From assembly GCA_004431415.1 (NCBI GenBank), contig QPMI01000503.1:1-64000 (forward strand): DNA of 64,000 bases, written 5' to 3'. The number at the start of each line of letters is the position of its first letter. Position 1 is the first letter of the stretch. The stretch is from Cyanophora paradoxa CCMP329. Lineage: Eukaryota > Plantae > Glaucophyta. The notes under the pieces were generated by a model that searched no databases, was not told the DNA's origin, and saw only the letters and a program-made list of their open reading frames with translations. Below, piece after piece: positions 9,401-19,272 of the stretch. Both the position numbers and the translations under genes were made by a program.

Positions 9401-11572
9401 GCCCTTGCCGATTTCGACCTCGAGCGATTCACCACCAAAGAGCAGCGCGACGCCTTCCTGGGGCGCCCGAGGGCCAGGCGGCCCGGGGTGGCCAAGGAGG
9501 CCTTCAGCGCAGAGACCCTCTTCTCCGCGATGGGTACGGCGAACAACGACGGCATGTCTTTCGGGGCAGCCGATTTATTTCAGGGGGCGGGCATCGACTT
9601 GGTGGGCGCCGGGCTGGGGGGTACGGGCTCGCGGGCCATGCGGCGGGCGGGCGCGGCGGCGGCCGGCCTTGGGCTGGCGACGGCGGGCGGCCTGCTCTCG
9701 GCCTACCAGGCGCTCTCGCAGGGCAAGATAGGGGAGGCCGAGTTCTTCGATACGTTCCGCGATCAGATGATCATGACGGTCGGCTCTTTTGGCCTTCAGA
9801 CGGGCATGTCGTCCGCCCTGAGCGCCCTCACGAAAATGAGGATCGGCACGGTGGGCGGACTTGGCCTGTCCATCCTCGCGGGCGCCATCGCGCAGGTGAT
9901 CGTGGATATCATCAACGGGCGCAGCGCGGAAGAAATCGTGAAGAACTTTTTCAAGTACCCCGTCGACTGGGCGACCGACACCATACAGTTCATCGCGGAG
10001 CTCTCGCAACAGATCTACGACTGGGGCGTCGAGACGTGGGGCGACGAGGCGAGCCAGCTGCGCAACCGAATTAATCGGCTGGAGGGCGAGCTGGGCTCCG
10101 GATTTTTGGGTGTGTACGACCCCTCGGAGGCGCGCGAAATGGCCTCGCTCTTGGCCCAGGAGCTGCGGTTAAACGAAATCAAGGAGCCGAAGGAGCTGCA
10201 GGCCTTCATTCGCGCGCTCGACAACAGCATCAACGATTACCGTACCCCCAAGGACCAGAAGACCCTGCTCGAAATCGATCGCGCGACCGTGCTCTTCCTC
10301 TCCCAGCTCACCGTTAAAATGCAGGAGGGCTTCGGGTCGACTTCGCTCGCCCTGAGTCGACTTATGCGCGACCTGAAGCAGATGATAAAGGAGGAGACCA
10401 AGGGGCGGAAGCGCGTCTTAATTGCCGTCTACCAGGAGGGCCTCAACAGGATCAATCACATCGAAGCCCTAAGGCGCGAATTCGGCTCGGCCATCCGTCA
10501 CTCGGGCGTCTCGTCGAACGGAGGGGCGCAGGTGGCCCGCCTGGCGGACGCCAACTCGCGCCTCGAGATTCCCGGGACCTTCCGCATGCAGGATTGGTGG
10601 GAGGCCGAGGCCTTCAGGAATTACGGGGCCTTCATAGACAACGGGATCAATTCGCAGAGCCCCAAGGCAAACTGGCTGGTACCCAAGGCCTACGTCGATA
10701 AATTGGTTGACAGGCCTGCAGCACCATACACCAAGAAGATCGCCAAAGGCATCGAGTACTGGGCGCCCGAGCCAGGCCAGCCCGTGTTTGCATCGCAGAA
10801 CTACGAGTGGCACATGGCGCCGGGGGCGAGCCAGGCCGTGAGCACCGTGGGCGTTGCCGTGCCGCAGCTGGCGACGGTGGCACACACGGGGGCGTATGCA
10901 GATCTCAGCGGGAGGCCGACGATACCCGTGATACCAACAACGTGGGCGTGGGATAGCATCACGGGGAAGCCGAGTACGTATCCCCACGCAGACCACCAGC
11001 ACACCATCTCTCAGATCAGCGACTGGACGGCCCCGGACTTGACGAACATCTCCGTGGATTGGGACAACGTAACGGGCAAGCCACTTACCTTCCCCCCCTC
11101 TACACACAGTCACAATGTGTACTGGGATAATGTCATCGACCGACCCACTTCCTTCCCACCCTCTACGCACAGTCACACAGAGTACTCGCTCACCAGCCAC
11201 GGGCACAGAAACGTGAACATGGATGCGTACATAACGCACGGCACGTCCTTCCACTCCTACGCTGCGTACACGGAGTTTAACATCAATTCAACATACACGG
11301 TGACGTTCAACATTACATTCGGACAGGCGTACGACACTGGAGGCGGACTGGGGACCCCAGCAAACCCAACGCCGGTTATTAACGTAACCCCCTCGTTCGA
11401 CATCAATCCCGGCGGCAGCACGGATGTCGATTTCTACGGGGCCAACGTCACGGCGGTGAGTCACACTGGCTTTACAGTTAAAGTGAGATTCCAACCCAGA
11501 ATGACGGTCACGCCCACCCAAATTGTCCAGCTTTTTATTCATTGGACCGCGATCGGCAAGCTGCTTATGTAA
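6461..11572 (+). CDS. 1703-aa putative virion fibre / tape-measure-like protein
   Basis: Intact ORF with a Gly linker, long E/K/R/A coiled coil, hydrophobic Gly/Ala helices, KAYVD, LATVAHTGAYADLSGRP, three W(D)x(I/V)xx(K/R)P...HxH repeats, and a C-terminal ...TGFTV...HWTAIG fibre-tip-like domain. Confidence 0.75.
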   Translation: MSMLDDPWRMAIPNPDEVLNGAFAIDGSLSVRGIYADEIRLRKGATYSDFLTSVGTLDDYGDLTAIIKGLWGVTTETGVDWNIIKRAADVKIANSVTAKDATLNLVKLTLKGAEGDVRPGYNALERIAGPLRHIYWSRQALPSMEPEQYRRDREEFFAWFDHFKVNIRALSADRTGETPETTGGGRIPTAPDVLPDRSDWAKTQNWALKDHFHDERYALVKHPHVKADITDWAHRHLYDDIIGGPKVPGAIPGGGTGGGSTGGGGTGTGGGGTGTGGGGTGTGGGGGSSGTPVGGGGGSSGSGGGGSGGESGGGGTLVPILGTTTGIFGAALIAGGAKYYRDRKAYERDIAELQKDNKTIVYSDEQVRILAEELKTRERQFNEMRTAAEKKIADDLKEASDRIEKSLEAEEKAEIRKREADRIVENAIREAKEQARTELEKLDMEIANKVNIANEVEEGTKMLDDERKAAEEQARKAKEDLRQLELREQERQKAEGLASTIRFNLEQQVKTLTAELQRIGTAVPRGTMETQTTPRPDPRPAAERLPFARLGRSDQVEELIGLTLEDQRALFDALEQRRRADEEAAAKTEEERLKAMQTASDEEFARLEEPKVAERKRRLETFRGAQMDFYRSELKRLKEGNASGDRLRAMEENMRDFSYVMDQLTGRGQKDAEELRRKMADEKWKNFERQAVQRPISDAIWIAYGDVEEMHRELRTEASLWRGALEWSLYRIQKGEFLAELRANPKTVSAGAQSAYLSMVDYVGKLSKFWEMRRAIIPAEGLAQYDAMVRDLEAFKREHPPAKYKIHIDTTAFMGDLRKRGDEAKSQIEERYRKAQADKEYANRVIEERKQQAKENAARRNAEIEEQRRKIAERKAAEEEARKTKVETEYQALKREANQLLKRRGRAYADEGAGVGSASPDDITLAERDDVSVEEMRPGTARLPSEGVFQTLDRRVMGDSDVILRNALMPYGDWNRATADALADFDLERFTTKEQRDAFLGRPRARRPGVAKEAFSAETLFSAMGTANNDGMSFGAADLFQGAGIDLVGAGLGGTGSRAMRRAGAAAAGLGLATAGGLLSAYQALSQGKIGEAEFFDTFRDQMIMTVGSFGLQTGMSSALSALTKMRIGTVGGLGLSILAGAIAQVIVDIINGRSAEEIVKNFFKYPVDWATDTIQFIAELSQQIYDWGVETWGDEASQLRNRINRLEGELGSGFLGVYDPSEAREMASLLAQELRLNEIKEPKELQAFIRALDNSINDYRTPKDQKTLLEIDRATVLFLSQLTVKMQEGFGSTSLALSRLMRDLKQMIKEETKGRKRVLIAVYQEGLNRINHIEALRREFGSAIRHSGVSSNGGAQVARLADANSRLEIPGTFRMQDWWEAEAFRNYGAFIDNGINSQSPKANWLVPKAYVDKLVDRPAAPYTKKIAKGIEYWAPEPGQPVFASQNYEWHMAPGASQAVSTVGVAVPQLATVAHTGAYADLSGRPTIPVIPTTWAWDSITGKPSTYPHADHQHTISQISDWTAPDLTNISVDWDNVTGKPLTFPPSTHSHNVYWDNVIDRPTSFPPSTHSHTEYSLTSHGHRNVNMDAYITHGTSFHSYAAYTEFNINSTYTVTFNITFGQAYDTGGGLGTPANPTPVINVTPSFDINPGGSTDVDFYGANVTAVSHTGFTVKVRFQPRMTVTPTQIVQLFIHWTAIGKLLM

Positions 11573-11596
11573 TCGATTTTCTGATGCAATCCAAAA

Positions 11597-12664
11597 ATGT
11601 CGGTCGCTGTCCCTCTATTTACCTATGCTGCCAGCGTGAATCACAAGGGCGATCACACGATTAAGGAGACCACCCTCGGAAACCAGGCCACCGAGGCCCC
11701 CTACAACGCCACGGCCGTCCCCTTTTCCGAGGCCGACCTCGTCCGCGTCGGCGAGCTGCGCTGCGACAAGATGCGCACGCGGGAGGGCGGGTCGGCCGTG
11801 CCGGGGCGCGTGAGGACGCAGAGGCTCACCGTCACGAACGGGGCCTGGGACGGGAGCGGGTACACCACGAATCAGGTGACCTTTAATGGGACTGTGAACG
11901 GGGAGGGGAATGCGGCTCTGTATGTGCAAGGAGGCGGAGCAAACGTGGTGGGGGGGCTTAGGGTGAGCGGGGCTTCAAACTTGGCGGGCATCGTTACATT
12001 GGACGATAAGCTGCAAATTACCGGAACGTCACCGTACATAAATGGCGGTGGTTCAGGCGTAGCTATAAAGTACAACGAAAACGATAGACTCCTCTGTGGG
12101 ACTCTTGGCGTTGGTGTTACAGGTACTCTATTTACCTCGGCAATCGAAGGCCCTACTAATGGCCTAAGCATAGCAAACACTTCAATCGTTGATAGCGGAA
12201 GCGTCAGCGTCAGCTCTGGTCTATCCTTGAGAAACAACGGCACCGAACGACTGCTGTGCGGAACCGTCGGCGTTGGCATCACGGGTCGGCTCATCGTCTC
12301 GACGCTCACGGGCGATGGAAACCGAGCCGTTTATTCGGATGCTCAAGGATACCTGACAAACTCGTCGAGCGATAGCCGCCTGAAAGAAAATGTCGCGAGC
12401 ATGTCGGGCATTCTCCCTCTTCTGCTGCAGCTGAATCCCGTGTCGTTCACCTGGAAGAACACATCCTCGGGGGGTTCGAAAACGGATTACGGTCTCATCG
12501 CACAGGAAGTCCAAGGCGTCTTCCCGAGTCTCGTTTTCGAGAACGCGGATGGATTTCTCGGGGTAAACTACGACAGGCTCATTTCCCTGTCGTTGAAGGC
12601 AATTCAGGAACTTTCACAAGAAGTTCAAACTCTCAAAGACCAGGTAGCGGCACTGGCGAGCTGA
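11597..12664 (+). CDS. Fibre protein with C-terminal peptidase S74 intramolecular chaperone
   Basis: SSDSRLKENV...LNPVSFTWK...GLIAQEVQGVFPSLV...VNYDRL...KAIQEL followed by a coiled coil; duplicated RLLCGT(L/V)GVG(V/I)TG repeat. Confidence 0.9.
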   Translation: MSVAVPLFTYAASVNHKGDHTIKETTLGNQATEAPYNATAVPFSEADLVRVGELRCDKMRTREGGSAVPGRVRTQRLTVTNGAWDGSGYTTNQVTFNGTVNGEGNAALYVQGGGANVVGGLRVSGASNLAGIVTLDDKLQITGTSPYINGGGSGVAIKYNENDRLLCGTLGVGVTGTLFTSAIEGPTNGLSIANTSIVDSGSVSVSSGLSLRNNGTERLLCGTVGVGITGRLIVSTLTGDGNRAVYSDAQGYLTNSSSDSRLKENVASMSGILPLLLQLNPVSFTWKNTSSGGSKTDYGLIAQEVQGVFPSLVFENADGFLGVNYDRLISLSLKAIQELSQEVQTLKDQVAALAS

Positions 12665-12684
12665 TCTGGAACAACTAGGAATAA

Positions 12685-14816
12685 CTACACCGCGAGTATC
12701 ACAATTCGACCGTTGCCACCGTCGCTGAAAGACGAGCCACCGTTGCCGCCCCTACCAATGCCTGCTGCGTAGTGAGCGTCTCCGCTATTTCCTGCCACCT
12801 GGCCGGACCCAGGATACACCGTAGCATCCGTCAAGTTTCCTATGTAGCTCGAGCCACCGCCACCTCCAAACATTCTTGCTATTGGGTTCTCTGACACTCC
12901 GCTCCTGCTGGACCCAGAGCCTCCACCGAAGTAACCACCACCACCACCACCACCGAACCTGTAGCCGCTTGAATCAGGCCCAGTCTCTCCACCTTGGCGC
13001 AAAGTTCCCGGGTTGCTGGGCCTGGCCCCTGAGGCCACAACACCGGCTCCGCCAGCGGTTTGGGTGCCTCCTTGAGCCGGTATCTCTCCGGTTACTCCAA
13101 CCAACCCAGCCGCACCACCGGTCAACCCCCGCCTACTCCCCGCCGCCATTCGAATCACATGTACCCCACCTCCGGCCCCTGCAACAACCAAGTCGGTCCC
13201 TGCAACGCGCTGAATTGCAGAACGACCACCACCGGCGCCGTTTTTGTACTCCGGATCGACGCTATGGCTCCAGCCCCTTCCACCACCTCCGTAGACGGTA
13301 GCAGTGGCAGTCCCCGATACACCCTTTGGGCCGCCGCATCCAACAACAAGGATGAGCGTCTCCCCGAGGACACAGCCAATGTACCAACTACGCAAGCACC
13401 CGCGCCTCCACGGACCCCGTACCTGCGCGTTCTCCGCCTCCACCCCGGCCGCCCATACGATGACACGCACAGCCACAGTCCCCGTTGGTACTACGAAAGT
13501 CTGGTCGGCCCCGGTGTAGGAGAATGTACCCAAAACAGGAGCGTTTGCAGTTGTTGCACTGGCAGACGAGGACTGAGGGCCTTCCTCGCCGATCTGGTTG
13601 ACGCCCTTGATGGTGTAAGTGTAAGTGGTTCCGTAAACGGTCGTTGTGTCCGAAAAGGGGCTGCTCGTGTCGCTGGCAAGGAACACGCCACCCCTGTAGA
13701 TGTTGTAGGAGACGGTGACGCCCGTCACCGGCACCGACCACTCGAGCACAACAGGCTGTGCTGCCCCGCCGCGGGGTTGCAGTGAGCCCAGTGGGCGCCC
13801 CCGGGTCCGTGGTGACGTACGCCGCAATACTCTTCGGCCCTCCCCTCCCGTGTTCGTCGCGGAGATCTGGTACTCGTACCCTGTACCCCAGACGGTGGTC
13901 GTGTCGCTGTAGGAGTTGGTCGCGGAGTCTGTGAGGTAGGCCCCGTCTCTGTAAATCTTGTATCCCGTCGCTCCCGTGGACGCAGTCCAGCTGAGGCTGA
14001 CAGGCTGCTGCTGGTCGTTGGGTGCTGATGCCGTCACGTTCGTGGGGGCGTTTGGCATAGTCCAGACCAGGAGCGGATCGGACTTGTCGTATTCGACACC
14101 GCCCACGATGCCGGCCACCTGGTAAGAGTATTCCGTGCCCCACGTAAGAGCAGTGCTATCGTCAATGTACGAGGTAGACAGGGCACTGCTCGCAAATCCG
14201 ATTGGCGTACCGTTCCTGTAAATTCGAATCGAGTCCGCGCCCTCCATGGCCACCCAGTTGATTGTGACGACTATGGCGGGTTTCGGGAAGCCCGAAGACG
14301 CGGGGCCGCCCCCGGCAATAAAATCGCCGTAGGTCTGGGCCGTGGCGGTCGTGAGCGTGGTGTAGGCTTCGATCTGCGGGCTGAAGCCGCCTATGCCTTG
14401 GAAGAGAATGTAATTGCTCATGGCACCCTCGTGGGTGTAGAGAAGCGACTGTGCGTAGGTTGTGGGCGGGGCTTTGCCATCAGAGCCCGTGCTGCTGCTG
14501 CCCTGTTCGCGAACCGCCGCCACGCGGTAGAGTCGCTGGGCCCCAAACTAAAGGGAGAGTCCGTGTAGGTGACGGTTGGCGCATTCACCGTGGCCACGAG
14601 ATCCCAGGGGCCGTTGATGCTGGTCGCCCTGTACACCTTGTACTTGACGGCGTTGGTGACCGCGACCCAGTTCAGCTGAAAGCCGTACGTACTGTTCCCG
14701 TTGTTGAGCACGGAGCCCGATCGCACCTGGGGCCTGCCCACAGTCAGCGAGATCGGCTCCACGCCATACTGCGGAGCCTGCACCACCTGCTTTTTCACGA
14801 ATACGAAGCGGGGCAT
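12685..14816 (-). CDS. Fibronectin type III repeat + glycine-rich-domain protein, frameshifted
   Basis: About four FN3-like units (LSWTASTGATGYKIYRDG...SYSDT...YEYQISATN) followed by FSYTGADQTFVVP and GAGGG/GGGGGYFGGG motifs; ATG 14816 with upstream motif; frameshifts near 14540, 13830/13750 and 13430/13370. Confidence 0.8.
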
Positions 14817-14855
14817 TTTCCTCTACGATCCGAAAAAATATCTGCCCCGGGGTAA

Positions 14856-15535
14856 ATGACTTCCAACTGGTACCAGACCCTCAGCGGCTCACTTGACGTT
14901 GGCAACAACACCAAGGATTTCGCACGCATACCCTCCGGCAGTTACGTCGACGTCTTTCTGCAGAATCCCGTCGTGATTCAGGTCGTTCAGAACGCCTACG
15001 CCACGCCCAAGATTTATTCCTACCAGCTCTTCTTCGACCCTCTGAGCCTCAGCGCAGAGGTTATCGAGCTGCTGCACGAATCAGGACTCGTGAAAAAGGT
15101 GGCACCTGCCACGGCCACTGCCAACGTCTTGCGCTGTCTCGAGGTCAAGTTCAGGGAGACGGGGTACGGCCCCACCGTGAACCGGTACCCCAGTTCTTCG
15201 AATCTTCCGGGTACGGGAACTTACCAGATGAGGGGTACGCTCAAGGGCGACGTGCTCTTCACGAAATTCAATCCAAGTCCCGCGACCCTGGGGCCCTCTA
15301 CACGGGCGGCAACCCACGCGGCTCGACTCTACCCCGCTTCCCCTTCACCTTTTTCAGGTTCCAGGTCTTCCCCCTCTCCTACGCCGCCGACCAGCCCCAC
15401 TTCAGCACGGGCGCCAGCCTCTGCGCGGAGCTGCGTGAGTGCTCGATTTCCTACGCGTACGGCACCGACGCTGACTCTGTGCCTGGGGCCCGCGTCATGA
15501 ACATCGGTGGCGACATCACCCTCTTTCACGGATAA
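14856..15535 (+). CDS. Beta-rich viral protein, paralog A (frameshift near 15290)
   Basis: Shares QNPV, SGL(V/L)KK and LE(V/L)KF with the next ORF; the shifted frame gives NPR...PR.F...G.SLCAEL...PGA, restoring paralogy up to TAA at 15535. Confidence 0.7.
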
Positions 15536-15558
15536 TCTTTCTCATTTGAGGTCGCAAA

Positions 15559-16371
15559 ATGCCGACCACCTCGGCCACCATCGTGAAGACCGTGTCTGCC
15601 GGCTCGATCGTCCCCGATTTCTACGGCAACGCTGGGAACGTGGCCAACGCAGGGACGGACAAGGTGGAGTGGGACGGAAACTACGCCACCCCGCTCACCG
15701 TGAGGGTCCAGAATCCCGTCATGTTGCGCGTCACCTCCAACGATTTCGAGAATCCCGCCTCCTGCTCCGTGTACGTGTACTTTGACATCGACTCGGGCGT
15801 GAGCGCGGATGAGGCGGAGGCGCTCTGGCTCTCGGGCCTCCTGAAAAAGATAGAGCCCTCTGTGCCTGATCGGCCCGCCATTCGCGTGCTCGAACTCAAG
15901 TTCACCGCTAACACCGCCCTCACTCGCAAATTCGGGAATGGTGCGAATCCGAACATCAAAACGCATTTAGATGGCGCCCTCATCGATGCCACACACAAGA
16001 CCACGCAGGCCGTTCCCTTTGAGATGTACAACCTCTGGAAGATGACCGCAAAGGAGATGATGACGAATGCCACCACGGGCGGCGCCTCGGGTACCGATTA
16101 TTCATACGGCGCCTCGAATCCCCGTACCCAGGTCTGGCCCCGGCTCCTCTTCACGAAATTCACTTTCAAATTGTACAACAACATCGCCGGAATGCCTACC
16201 TCTGGAATGGTCGTGGGCTCTACCCTCATGGCCGAACTAATTGAGGCAGAGGCGGACTACACGACTGCGACTACCAACTCGACAGCGCCAGGCGCCGGAG
16301 CCGAAGTTTACGTGGCCTGGGAAACGGTCGGTCGCGAGTACGACACCAAGATTCACACCACTAGCGTCTAG
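15559..16371 (+). CDS. Beta-rich viral protein, paralog B
   Basis: Intact 270-aa ORF with AAAATG start, paralogous to 14856-15535. Confidence 0.75.
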   Translation: MPTTSATIVKTVSAGSIVPDFYGNAGNVANAGTDKVEWDGNYATPLTVRVQNPVMLRVTSNDFENPASCSVYVYFDIDSGVSADEAEALWLSGLLKKIEPSVPDRPAIRVLELKFTANTALTRKFGNGANPNIKTHLDGALIDATHKTTQAVPFEMYNLWKMTAKEMMTNATTGGASGTDYSYGASNPRTQVWPRLLFTKFTFKLYNNIAGMPTSGMVVGSTLMAELIEAEADYTTATTNSTAPGAGAEVYVAWETVGREYDTKIHTTSV

Positions 16372-16726
16372 ACTGGCTAAGCTGCATTAGCACCTGTGTC
16401 GCCTCCATCATCTCCCGAATCTCCTCGCTCTTCTCCTGTAAATTGGCGTACCCCCTCCTCTTCTTGCGAATCTCCGACATTGATGCCCAGCGCAGGTTCT
16501 CCCTCCTGTAGTCCAGCGGGTTGCCGTTGATGTGTTCCACGTAGCGTCCACGTGGCGACTTCCCGAGGATCAGCTGGGAGAGGTAGTGCTTGCGCCCTCC
16601 AAACGTCTTGCTCACCCTGTCCCTGTCCACTCTCCAGGGAAACTCCAAGGCACTCGGGGGTACGTCCGAGTTGACCAGGACGTTGTAGGCGACGTCTTGC
16701 GAGTCGGTGCACCGGAGCAGGGCCAT
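16361..16726 (-). CDS. HNH endonuclease-like protein (HNH_3 type)
   Basis: YLSQLILG...VEHINGNPLDYRRENLRWAS matches the DHINGNxxDNRxxNLR pattern with D>E and N>Y changes. Confidence 0.8.
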   Translation of the reverse strand: MALLRCTDSQDVAYNVLVNSDVPPSALEFPWRVDRDRVSKTFGGRKHYLSQLILGKSPRGRYVEHINGNPLDYRRENLRWASMSEIRKKRRGYANLQEKSEEIREMMEATQVLMQLSQSRR

Positions 16727-16747
16727 TTTGCCCTAGGTTCAGAAAAA

Positions 16748-16842
16748 CCTGGGACTTGGGACTTGGGACTTGGGACTTGGGACTTGGGACTTGGGACTTG
16801 GACTTGGGACTTGGGACTTGGACTTGGGACTTGGGAAGAGTT
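16748..16842 (+). repeat. CCT-(GGGACTT)x12-GGGAAGAGTT cassette A
   Basis: 10 full heptamers plus 2 lacking one G, 16751-16832. Confidence 0.95.
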
Positions 16843-17270
16843 GAAACCCAGGTCCCGGCCCAGACTTTCTCCAGGATCAGAAATTTGTCAGACAAGTCAG
16901 GTGAGTTTTTCTACCGACTTTTTTACTCCTACCACTCCTCATACTCTTTTTTACTCGTAGTCTTTTTTACTCGTAGTCTTTTTTACTCGTATCCCATCTC
17001 GTACCCTCCTTCTCTCGACATCTCACACGAAAACTCCTACCCTCTTCACATCCGTTTTCGGTTGCATACTCTCGTGAGCTTTCATGTCCAGTATCATGCT
17101 ACAAGTCGTACACCAGTTCAGACTCTACCTCGCTTGAAATCTCACCTGGAATGTCACCAGAAACGTCATATGCAGATTTCCGTACCCCTCTACATGTCTG
17201 CCCGGTGGTTAGGGACTTGGCGCGGCAAACTCTCAGATCCAGAGAGATTCTGGGCCCAGACCCTGAGTCT

Positions 17271-17332
17271 AACTCTTCCCAAGTCCCAAGTCCCAAGTCC
17301 CAAGTCCCAAGTCCCAAGTCCCAAGTCCCAGG
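17271..17332 (-). repeat. CCT-(GGGACTT)x7-GGGAAGAGTT cassette B, inverted relative to A
   Basis: AAGTCCC x7 at 17281-17329 with the same flanks. Confidence 0.95.
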
Positions 17333-17403
17333 ATCGCGCCAAGTCGTAACTGAATAGTCGGCCAATTTTTACAAGTATGTACAATGGAATGACGCAATAC
17401 TAT

Positions 17404-18464
17404 TTACAGCATCTCAAAGTCAGAGTCATCGTCATCGGAAACCAACTCAATGAGGCCCTCGGGCGCCGACTTAAGGGAATGCGGGAAGGGACTGCGCTGC
17501 CTGCACCAAGTCCTGCCGCTCGCGCTCGCGCTGCGCCGCCAAGGCCGCTGCCGCCTCTGCCTCGCGCTGCTGCTGAGCCTCGATGCGCGCCTTGAGCTCG
17601 GCCGCCTCCTTCTGCTTGCGCTCGGCGATCCGCGCCTTGTTGATCTGGTACTGGACAAGGCGCTCGTGGCGCCGCTTGCGCTCCAACTCCTTGCGGAGCT
17701 CGTTGCAGAGGACGCGCTTCTCAATGGTCTTGACGTGCTGAGTCAGGCGCTCGCTGTAGTGTGACGTCACGCGAGAACGGGCAATGCCGGCGCCGAGCTT
17801 CAAGTCCTTCTCGTGTGCCTTGGCGGGGTCCTTGACGCGCTCGGAGTTGTCGGTGAATGACGTAGTCTCCATGAACTTCTTCTTGACGATTGACTTGGTC
17901 TTGATAATGCGGCGCTTGCGAGTCGGGTTTTCGTTGTCGCCTTCAGAGTCAGAAGACGACTCAGAGTCGTATGGAATCGGCACGTCAAAGTCGATGAAGT
18001 CGTTGATGTCAGACTCGACGTCAGAGGCCTCGGACTTGGCGTCATCGGCGGGCTCGGGGGCGGGCTCGGCGACGGGCTGAGGGCAGATGACGACGATGAC
18101 GGAGGGGGTAATTCGTGAAGACTTGAGGGGGTAGGCCCAGGCGAGCGTCTCGGCAGCAGACTCGGCGAAAAGCTTGGGTCGCCCCAGCCGTTGGCGGTCT
18201 TGACCCAGCCGGGGACGGGGGCACGTCGACGGGGGCTCGGGCTTGGGTTGCTTGGACTTGGATTTCTTGGCCTTGGACGTGAAGGCGGACTTGGGGAGAA
18301 GTTGCACTTCGGGCCAGTGGCGCGTAAGATGGCATAATTGTAGATGTACCCAGAGCGTCGGCGCGCTGCTCCATCTCAGGGGTAGCCCCTTGAGTGCCAC
18401 CGGAGTTAGCCCACGTTGCTTGGACAAAGGCGAAGTCCTCGGCAAGCTCAGCGGGAATCGACAT
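17404..18464 (-). CDS. Viral acidic/basic coiled-coil protein, probably nuclear; frameshifted
   Basis: MSIPAELAEDF..., acidic SDINDFIDFD, NLS-like RKRR, long coiled coil; frames join near 18310 and 17480. Confidence 0.55.
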
Positions 18465-18801
18465 CTGCGCAAAGGGAAAAGAAATCAGCAAAGGCAAAAC
18501 GTGAGGTGACTGTGAGGGCGGACTTGTGAAAATTCGGAGAGGCGGGGTTTCCTTGGGCTGAGAGAAGGCGGCGAACCCGTTTCAAGAGTGAGCCAAAATG
18601 GCGGCGGACCGCGGTTTTGTGGGCGATTTTTTTCGCGTCTAGTTCGCAACGGAAAACGTTGCCAACTGGCCTGAAAAAAGCCAAATTTAGCGTTGGACCG
18701 AAGGCAGAAAAAGGGAGCCGGCCTGACGGAAATCGCCCGAGTGCGTCCGCCGAAGGTCGAGTCTCGGGCCGGGGGTACACCCTCAGGGGCCCCCCTGGCC
18801 C

Positions 18802-19272
18802 TCACCCTGGTAGTGCCCTCTCAAAGGGATTTTCGAAGCCGTACAATTCTTGGTAAGTCTCGTAATCCGGGCTGTACCCCCTCACAATCTGCGGGAGCCC
18901 CATTGAAAGCCTCCGTCTATCCTCTCTCAATTCCCTGCGGAAAAGTCTACGGTCTTCTCGAGCTTCGCGTGTCACGCCAGCTGGGCGTGGTCTATGATTG
19001 TTAGGGTTGTCGTAGCCTGGTCCCACCAGCCTCACGAAATTTTCGCGTATGGCCTCGGGGAGGCTCTGGAAACGGCTCGTCGCGTGGAACTCAATCCATT
19101 CATTGAATCGACGCGGATATTGACGGATGACTTCAAGCACGCCCTGTGTGTTGGGCTCTGGTGTTACGTCGGGGATGTCATGTCCCGTGAGGTGCCAACG
19201 CCAGAACTCGCGCAACCTCTCGAATGCCATATTCAACTCAAAGGGAAAATCGTAATAGAGATTGCCTGACAT
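18802..19272 (-). CDS. Viral hypothetical protein (~156 aa)
   Basis: MSGNLYYDFPFELNMAFERLREFWRWHL...; ATG preceded by AAATTTTC...AAAATG. Confidence 0.6.
   Translation of the reverse strand: MSGNLYYDFPFELNMAFERLREFWRWHLTGHDIPDVTPEPNTQGVLEVIRQYPRRFNEWIEFHATSRFQSLPEAIRENFVRLVGPGYDNPNNHRPRPAGVTREAREDRRLFRRELREDRRRLSMGLPQIVRGYSPDYETYQELYGFENPFERALPG

Noticed and set aside
5488-16371. Major capsid protein or packaging ATPase call
   Set aside because: No Walker A motif or recognisable double-jelly-roll sequence; left unassigned
16377-17384. ORFs with PSPKSQV / LGLGTWD repeats
   Set aside because: These are translations of the heptamer arrays, not credible proteins
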